A stretch of DNA of 64,000 bases from Candidatus Eiseniibacteriota bacterium (GTDB lineage: Bacteria > Eisenbacteria > RBG-16-71-46 > CAZAMP01). This document shows positions 58,401 through 64,000 of this stretch, piece after piece. Where the stretch lies: contig OZ245046.1 of assembly GCA_965224245.1 (NCBI GenBank), forward strand, positions 3,200,001 through 3,264,000, written 5' to 3'. Numbering within the stretch: the first letter of the stretch is position 1; each line of letters opens with the position of its first letter. A model generated the notes under the pieces. That model ran no database searches. It was not told the DNA's origin and saw nothing but the letters and a program-made list of their open reading frames with translations. Both the position numbers and the translations under genes were made by a program.

Positions 58401-60232
58401 TCGAGGACGGGTCGTTCTACGTGGACGAGAACCTGACCCCCTTGACGTCGTACTACTACAAGGTCGCCAGCGTCGACTCGTCGGGCAACGTGGGCACGTA
58501 CTCGGCACCGGTCGCGGCGACGACGTCACCACCGGTGCTCGAGGGATGGCCGGTTCCGCTGCCCCCGGGCGAGAGCAAGGGCTCACCCACGTTCGCGGAC
58601 GTCGACTACGACAGCAACTACGAGGTCGTCCTGGGCTGGACGAACCCGATGGTGTTCCGCGCCGACGGCGGCGACTTCGTGGACGGCGACGGCGACGGGC
58701 TCACGTCCGGCATCTTCGCCACCCCCGAGGGCGGCAACTCGCAGTTCTGGAACTCGCCCGTCGTGTTCGACATCGATCGCGACGGCGTGAACGAGACGAT
58801 CTTCGCGGCCTGGCACACGACCGACGAGGGCCACCTCTACGTGATCGACGCCACCGGCGCCATCGAATCGGGCTGGCCGCAAGAGATCGGCAAGGCACCG
58901 TGGTCCAGCCCGGCGATCGGCGACGTCGACGGGGATCCGTACTTCGAGATCTTCGTGGGCTCGGGAGCCGGAAGCGGCGCCTACCAGGGTGTGCTCTTCG
59001 GATTCAACGACCACGGCAGCGAGGTCCGGGACGGCGACTCGAACCCCGCCACGCACGGGATCTTCTACAAGTCCGCGTCGACCGAGGCGAAGTTCATGTA
59101 CAGCTCGCCCGCGATCGCCGACCTCGACGACGACGGGAAGGACGAGATCGTCTTCCATGAGAAGACGAGTCACCAGGGTCCGAGCCAGAGCACGATCTAC
59201 GCCTTCGAGGGAGACGGCTCGGTGATGCCCGGGTTCCCGGTCGGCGATTCCACGACGCGCGCGACGACGTCCAGCCCCGCCATCGCCGACATCGACGGCA
59301 ACGGCGACCTGGAGATCATCGCGGTGACCGAGACTCAGGTCTTCGTTCTGAACCACGACGGGTCGGTGTACCCGGGCTGGCCGAAGACCCTGACCGCGCT
59401 GCCGTCGTCCGGCGGCGGGCTGCGCGACTTCATGAGCTCGCCGGCCGTCGGCGACCTCGACGGTGACACGAACGTGGAGGTCGTGGTGGGATGGCTCGAC
59501 GGACTCGTCTATGCGTGGACGGCGTCCACCGCGACGCTGCTGCCCGGCTTCCCCGCCGACGTGTCGAACACGGGCACCGAGTTCGACGACTACCTGAGGA
59601 GCCCGATCGTCGGCAACATCGACGCGGATCCCGAGCTCGAGGTGGTGATCTCGGGCGGTGATGCTCGACTGCACGCGGTCAACCACGACGGAACCGTCGT
59701 CGGCGGCTTCCCCATCTCGACCGGCGGAATCGTGTTCGGGTCGGCGGCGATGTGGGACCTGGACCAGGACGGCAGCGTCAATCTGATCGTCCAGACCAAC
59801 GCGCCGGAGCTGTCCGTCTACGACTTCACCAACGTCACGTTCGATCACACGCAGTATCCGTGGCCGATGTTCCGGAACAACCGGCGCAAGAACGGTCTCT
59901 ACACCCCGCCGAATCCGCTCGACACCGGTGGCGGGCCCGGCAGGACCCCGGTCGTGGCGGCGGTCCACGCGGCCCGTCCGAACCCGTTCACGCCGCGCAC
60001 GACGTTGCCGTTCGACGTTCCGGACGGCGGGGCTCCGGTCTCCGTGCGGGTGTTCGACGTCAAGGGCCGCGAGGTGCGCGTGCTGGCCGACGGCACGTTC
60101 CCGTCCGGTCAGTTCCAGATCAACTGGGACGGCCGCACGTCCACCGGTCAGCGCCTGGCGCCCGGGGTGTACTTCGCCCGCGTCGAGATTGGATCGGAGG
60201 CCTTCGTCCAGAAGCTCACGCTGGCCCGATGA
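55475..60232 (+). CDS. Large secreted C25 (gingipain-like) cysteine peptidase with propeptide, Ig/FN3, FG-GAP repeats and FlgD-Ig/T9SS-like CTD (~1585 aa)
   Basis: EYVVIT, MAGDADVVP, TDKYYACLDG, VGRVP, catalytic HVGHG and NCTSG, LFGDPSL; SSPAI(A/G)D.DGDG repeats; tail RPNPF..VRVFDVKGREVR.L..WDGR..G..LAPGVYF. Confidence 0.9.
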   Translation: MKATLIRILAVVSSIAAAPADATMHRVDWPASATFGEHLTATGPTLDVRGGVLATGSSWPVRVARVEIPGDARVSEVAIHALREDVLDHPAHSYRFDGDEVDLGEPDGVSGGYAYWILPEGSVVGYRFAQIAVAPFRSVDGEARFLASFDLEIETTGGGQPPLRRIRSTPSADASDARRLRQTLDAEPMFYPAVDAGRLSVPPEFGTETTEYVVITSASQAPVFEDFADIKTREGIPTVVTTIDWILANYEGIDLPARCRAYIRDLYLYQGLRFVMMAGDADVVPIPLAVNRFQFPAGQEVMTDKYYACLDGNWNGDGDAERGEAPNTILEIEGDDADLYSEVLVGRVPTGTAAEATCWLDKWKSYTGYDVANFRTDYQARVLALGEVLFPDDWTPDQDPALIVQDGADLCESTLTYFPPHFLKYRMYQYSENPEYPTAVPEIKDSVVVEINEGYGWVDHVGHGFRTNMSVGDGKLVNLDADQFNNTNAYSLIYAVNCTSGAVLYDCIIEHAMLNCSGGIVGGMASTDLDYPSISDNFKFEFFRLHFDEGLTTIGECFYAADLPWIPVAELSENSYRWTIMTLILFGDPSLRMWQNTPRFLTATHPATMELGAGTFTVTVTNSLGGSPFEGATVCLRKDDGYAIGTTDASGVATIDFLPGSTGEFDVTVVGVDRAPVVQTAQVVAPTSAALRVDGWVVHDGDGMGGTGNGDNRPDAGESILIDLTIRNDGAVTATNVAATLNANSPFIVLSDDTEASSDIPAGGMMTLPTAFAGDITAALPDTTRHVVAPATLDLSCDQGSWTEDVPFSLYQRLIDLVDMSWSIVDDDGNGTLEAGETAELVMTLFNRGEAEAQDLVGVGTYTGTEFFIADPNITFGTLAPGATVTGSPLAVLSTGGNRLTLKVDVTVSDLYASSLLSRRVDVLAPPKPDTLVSDPEATSIKLTWPPVTSLDVRGYLVQRADDVGGPYTEVSGDIIEDGSFYVDENLTPLTSYYYKVASVDSSGNVGTYSAPVAATTSPPVLEGWPVPLPPGESKGSPTFADVDYDSNYEVVLGWTNPMVFRADGGDFVDGDGDGLTSGIFATPEGGNSQFWNSPVVFDIDRDGVNETIFAAWHTTDEGHLYVIDATGAIESGWPQEIGKAPWSSPAIGDVDGDPYFEIFVGSGAGSGAYQGVLFGFNDHGSEVRDGDSNPATHGIFYKSASTEAKFMYSSPAIADLDDDGKDEIVFHEKTSHQGPSQSTIYAFEGDGSVMPGFPVGDSTTRATTSSPAIADIDGNGDLEIIAVTETQVFVLNHDGSVYPGWPKTLTALPSSGGGLRDFMSSPAVGDLDGDTNVEVVVGWLDGLVYAWTASTATLLPGFPADVSNTGTEFDDYLRSPIVGNIDADPELEVVISGGDARLHAVNHDGTVVGGFPISTGGIVFGSAAMWDLDQDGSVNLIVQTNAPELSVYDFTNVTFDHTQYPWPMFRNNRRKNGLYTPPNPLDTGGGPGRTPVVAAVHAARPNPFTPRTTLPFDVPDGGAPVSVRVFDVKGREVRVLADGTFPSGQFQINWDGRTSTGQRLAPGVYFARVEIGSEAFVQKLTLAR

Positions 60233-60302
60233 ACGCGCACGCCCACTCGCCCGTCGCGAGACGGACGGGTGGGCGTCCTCTGCCCGGGCGGCCGCCGCTC
60301 GA

Positions 60303-60602
60303 TCAGGACGGCGAGGATCCCGGATCCTCGAGCCCCAGGAACATTCTCAGCTGGCTCACGAACAGGGCATAGTGTTCGCGGTTCGCCATGCTGAGGCGAT
60401 ACTCGTTCACGATCTTCACGCTCACGTCCTGCCACTCCGCCCAGCACGTGGAGCAGATCTCCCGTGTGATCACCGAGCCGAGCTCACCTCCCCAGGTCAC
60501 GGTCGACGCCGGAGGCGGGGTGCCCGCGTTGCCGCAGCGGCGGCACGTGATGGCGCCTCCGGCCGCCGTGGTCTCGTCTCGTGTCTCGTCCCGATCGCTC
60601 AT
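60303..60602 (-). CDS. YggX-like Fe(II)-trafficking/oxidative-damage protection protein
   Basis: ELG..I..EIC..CWAEW....KIVNEYRL..........L..FL; AGGAG RBS. Confidence 0.8.
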   Translation of the reverse strand: MSDRDETRDETTAAGGAITCRRCGNAGTPPPASTVTWGGELGSVITREICSTCWAEWQDVSVKIVNEYRLSMANREHYALFVSQLRMFLGLEDPGSSPS

Positions 60603-60707
60603 CGTTCGCTCCTTCTCGGCTCGTCCGCCGGTGAGCTCTCATCGTTTCGAGCCGGCAAGCCACGTGGGGAACGCCGGTTCCAGCGCCATCCGGGCTGGTG
60701 CCCGAGG

Positions 60708-60737
60708 TTGACACCCAAGGTGGCCGACGGCTAGCAT
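60708..60737 (+). promoter_or_regulatory. sigma70-type promoter for spt operon
   Basis: TTGACA-N18-TAGCAT. Confidence 0.65.
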
Positions 60738-60789
60738 TCCGCGCTTACGGGTAGATCCGACTCCCCACGAAACGAGCCAACCGACATTC

Positions 60790-61974
60790 ATGGATCTCTT
60801 CAAGAAGTGTCGTGAGTATAACGAAGCGCGCGCCGCGCGCGCGGCAGGGCTGTATCCGTACTTCCAACCGATCGAGGGATCGAACGACACCGAGGTATCC
60901 ATCCGGGGTCGCAAGCTGATCATGATCGGTTCGAACAACTACCTGGGCCTGACTCACGACCCGAGAATCATCGAGGCCGCGGAGGCCGCCAGCCGTCGCT
61001 ACGGCTCGGGGTGCACCGGCAGTCGGTTCCTCAACGGCACCCTCGATCTTCACGAGAAGCTAGAGGCGGATCTGGCGGAGTTCACCCGCAAGGAGGCCGC
61101 CCTCGTCTTCTCTACCGGGTACACGGCCAACGTTGGCTGCATCGCGAGCCTGGTCGGGCGCGGTGACCACGTCGTGATCGACAAGTACGACCACGCCAGC
61201 ATCTTCGACGGCTGCCGGATGGCGGCCGGACACGCGCTCCGCTACCGGCACGCCGACCTGGCGGACCTCGATCGCATCCTGGCCCGTCTCACCGAGAAGT
61301 CGCGCGGCACGCTGGTCGCCGTGGACGGCGTGTTCAGCATGGAAGGCGACATCGTGGATCTGCCCGGTCTCCTGGAGGTCGCACACCGCTACGGGGCCCG
61401 CGTGCTCTGCGACGACGCGCACAGCTTCGGCGTGCTCGGAGAGACCGGTGCCGGCACGGCCGAGCACTTCGGCGTGCAGAAGGAGACCGACCTCATCACC
61501 GGGACGTTCTCGAAGTCCTTCGCGTCCATCGGCGGCTTCGTCGCCGCCGACGCCGACGTGATCGACTTCATGAAGCATCACTCGCGCCCGTTGATGTTCT
61601 CGGCCAGCATGCCGCCCTACGCGGTGGCCACCGTGCACGCCGCGCTGGAGATCATCCGGTCGGAGCCCGATCGGCGCAAGCGACTGTGGGACATCACCGA
61701 GCGCATGATCAGCGGTTTCCAGTCGATGGGCTACGATCTCGGTCCGGCCGAGACCCCCATCGTGCCGCTCGTCATCGGACACCGGGAGAAGACCTTCGCG
61801 CTCTGGCGCGCCCTGTTCGACGCGGGCATCTTCACCAATCCCGTGGTGTCGCCCGCGGTGCCCGAGGCCGCGTGCCGGCTGCGAACGAGCTACATCGCCA
61901 CGCACACCGACGATCAGCTCGACTACGTGCTCGACACGACCCGGAAGGCCGGCAAGGCGCTCGGCCTCATCTGA
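60790..61974 (+). CDS. spt: Alpha-oxoamine synthase, probable serine palmitoyltransferase
   Basis: GLYPYF..IE, GSNNYLGLT, YGSGCTGSRFLNGTLD.H, DHASI, DDAHS, GTFSKS (PLP lysine). Confidence 0.8.
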   Translation: MDLFKKCREYNEARAARAAGLYPYFQPIEGSNDTEVSIRGRKLIMIGSNNYLGLTHDPRIIEAAEAASRRYGSGCTGSRFLNGTLDLHEKLEADLAEFTRKEAALVFSTGYTANVGCIASLVGRGDHVVIDKYDHASIFDGCRMAAGHALRYRHADLADLDRILARLTEKSRGTLVAVDGVFSMEGDIVDLPGLLEVAHRYGARVLCDDAHSFGVLGETGAGTAEHFGVQKETDLITGTFSKSFASIGGFVAADADVIDFMKHHSRPLMFSASMPPYAVATVHAALEIIRSEPDRRKRLWDITERMISGFQSMGYDLGPAETPIVPLVIGHREKTFALWRALFDAGIFTNPVVSPAVPEAACRLRTSYIATHTDDQLDYVLDTTRKAGKALGLI

Positions 61975-61989
61975 TCGCGGAGGGTCCTC

Positions 61990-63126
61990 GTGACCGTCAC
62001 GGCGGCAACGGACATCCGACCGGTCTCGACACGCCGGGACCGCGACGCGTTCGTCAAGCTCCCCTGGACGATCTACCGGGCCGATCCTCACTGGATCCCG
62101 CCCTTGATCGCCGACGAGAAAAAGTTCATCGATCCCGACCACAACCCGTTCTTCCATCATGGCAACGTCGAGCACTTCCTGGCCTGGCGCGACGGGACGC
62201 CGGTCGGACGGATCGCGGCCATCCACAACCATCTGCACAACGAGTTCCACGACGATCGCGTCGGGTTCTTCGGCCTCTTCGAGAGCATCGACGATCCCGA
62301 GGTGGCCCGAGCACTCTTCGATGCCGTGGCCGACTGGCTCGGCGCCCGCGGTCTGACCACGATGCGCGGCCCGATGAACTACTCCACCAACGACACCTGC
62401 GGCCTACTGGTCGACGGCGAGCCCGGGCCGCCGTTCATCATGATGACGCACAACCCGCCTTACTACCCGGCGCTCGTCGAGTCGGCGGGGTTCGGCAAGG
62501 CGAAGGACCTGATCGCCTTCATCATCACCGGCGACGACGTGGATCACGAGCGCCTCACGCGCGTCGAGAAGGTCCTGACCCGTCGCATTCGCGCCGACGT
62601 GCGCATGCGCACGATGGTCAAGAAGTGCTGGGACGAAGAGGTCGAGCTCATCCGTCACGTGTACAACAACGCCTGGGAGCGAAATTGGGGCTTCGTTCCG
62701 TTCACGGAGGCCGAGTTCGATCACATGGCCAAGGAGATGAAGCCCGTCGTCGACCCCGATCTCGTGGGCATCCTCGAGGTCGACGGACAGACGGCCGGCT
62801 TCGTGTTGGGCCTGCCCGACATGAACCTGGCCATCCGCAAGGCGAACGGCCGGCTGTTCCCGTTCGGGCTCATCAAGATCCTGATCGCCGCTCGCGGGAT
62901 CAAGCGGTTTCGCGTCCCCATCCTCGGCCTGCTTCCCGAGTATCGCGGGCTCGGCTACGACACGCTCCTGTACTTCCACATGGTGAAGACCGGGCTGGCG
63001 AAGGGGTACGAAGCGGCGGAGATGTCCTGGATCCTCGAGGACAACCTCCCGATCCGCCGGGGGCTGGAACGCCTGGGCGGCCGGCTCTTCCGCACGTATC
63101 GCATCTACGACCGCTCGCTACGCTGA
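61990..63126 (+). CDS. GNAT-fold protein, probable bacterial ceramide synthase (bCerS)
   Basis: F..LPW.IY..DP.WIPPL, NPFF.H, GRIAA, GFFGLFE, RGPMN, HNPPYY, AWERNWGFVP, LPDMN, GRLFPFG, EMSWILEDN. Confidence 0.8.
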   Translation: MTVTAATDIRPVSTRRDRDAFVKLPWTIYRADPHWIPPLIADEKKFIDPDHNPFFHHGNVEHFLAWRDGTPVGRIAAIHNHLHNEFHDDRVGFFGLFESIDDPEVARALFDAVADWLGARGLTTMRGPMNYSTNDTCGLLVDGEPGPPFIMMTHNPPYYPALVESAGFGKAKDLIAFIITGDDVDHERLTRVEKVLTRRIRADVRMRTMVKKCWDEEVELIRHVYNNAWERNWGFVPFTEAEFDHMAKEMKPVVDPDLVGILEVDGQTAGFVLGLPDMNLAIRKANGRLFPFGLIKILIAARGIKRFRVPILGLLPEYRGLGYDTLLYFHMVKTGLAKGYEAAEMSWILEDNLPIRRGLERLGGRLFRTYRIYDRSLR

Positions 63127-64000
63127 TGCCGACCGCATTCGTGACGGGCGGCAACGGGTTCATCGGCTCGCACCTCATCGAGCGGCTCGTGGAATCGGGC
63201 TACTCGGTGTCCGCGCTGGTGCGCGACCCGGCCAGCACGCGCTTTCTTCCGACCCATCTGGTCGACGTCATCCCCGGCGACCTCGCGGACCCCGACGCGC
63301 TCTCGGTGGGTGCTCGGTCCGCCGACGTGGTCTTTCACGGCGCGGCCCTGACCCGCGCCCCCAGCGAGGCCGAGATGAATGCGGTCAACGTGGAGGGGAC
63401 CCGGCGGATGATCGCGGCGTGTCTGGCGCCCACGACACCGCCCAAGCTCGTGTTCGTCTCCAGCCAGGCCGCGGCCGGCCCGAGCCCGGACGGGCGCCCG
63501 ATGACCGAGACCTCCGCCCCCCGGCCCACGTCGTGGTACGGAAGGAGCAAGCTCGCCGCGGAAGCACTGGTGAACGCGCACGCCGATCGGCTCGAGGTCG
63601 CATGCGTCCGTCCGCCGTCGGTCTACGGACCCCGCGACGACGCGTTTCTGGCCCTCTTTCGCTGCGCGGCCCGGGGCTGGCTTCCGCTTCCAACCGGGGC
63701 CCGCGGGCTCTCGATCGTTCACGTGTCGGATCTCGTCGAGGGGCTTCTCGACGTGGCCCACCGCGGCCGGGGAACCTACTACCTGACCGACGGCGAGACC
63801 CGCCCGCTCGCCGAGGTGCTCGGCGCCATCGCGAGCGCCGTGGGACGACGCGTTCGCTTCGTGCGCATTCCGGCCGGGCTGTTCGTCGGCATCGCGTGGA
63901 TCGTGGAGCGCCTGGCCGCGGTGGCCGGCGCGCGGCCGCCGATGACGTACGACCGTGCCCGCGACGCCGTGGCCACCGACTGGATCTGCAGCGACGCGCG
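63126..64000 (+). CDS. NAD-dependent epimerase/dehydratase-family SDR, candidate ceramide reductase (truncated at window end)
   Basis: ATG overlaps upstream stop (TGATG); hand translation MPTAFVTGGNGFIGSHL..VFHGAA..NVEGT..VFVSSQAAAG..WYGRSK..RPPSVYGPRD. Confidence 0.85.
   Translation, partial: MPTAFVTGGNGFIGSHLIERLVESGYSVSALVRDPASTRFLPTHLVDVIPGDLADPDALSVGARSADVVFHGAALTRAPSEAEMNAVNVEGTRRMIAACLAPTTPPKLVFVSSQAAAGPSPDGRPMTETSAPRPTSWYGRSKLAAEALVNAHADRLEVACVRPPSVYGPRDDAFLALFRCAARGWLPLPTGARGLSIVHVSDLVEGLLDVAHRGRGTYYLTDGETRPLAEVLGAIASAVGRRVRFVRIPAGLFVGIAWIVERLAAVAGARPPMTYDRARDAVATDWICSDA

Overview
Very GC-rich (~70% by eye), gene-dense chromosomal segment of a diderm bacterium. The gene content (C25 gingipain-like protein with a FlgD-Ig/T9SS-like tail, a W-x-x-I-K-x-L-Y C-terminal motif, lamin-tail proteins) suggests an FCB-group candidate lineage such as Eisenbacteria, Krumholzibacteriota or Latescibacterota; this is inference. 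About 48 CDS and one tRNA-Leu(CAG). Recognisable blocks: smpB-amidase-gerMN-murI-rph; a coupled lamin-tail/beta-barrel envelope cluster; alaX; nth; a TPR-wHTH protein with yyaL; a four-gene unknown envelope cluster; RNase II/R; NSS transporter; comM; a classical menaquinone cluster (menG/menFDHBAE plus a menI-type thioesterase, no menC) containing a CarH-like B12 photoreceptor; a wza/wzz/wzx polysaccharide export module coupled to a four-repeat secreted protein; PP2C/receiver signalling genes; dapAB; Omp85; a giant C25 protease; yggX; and an spt-bcerS-cerR-like ceramide operon. No CRISPR, integrase, transposase or prophage seen. Most notable: putative ceramide operon, lamin-tail cluster and C-terminal sorting motifs, CarH inside the men cluster with a palindromic operator, the four-repeat protein, several apparent pseudo-enzymes, a sigma54 promoter with tandem enhancers upstream of an FmdB-like gene, and a stand-alone poly-acidic microprotein. 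All calls were made by eye from motifs; no searches were run, and many start codons were re-picked from the ORF track.
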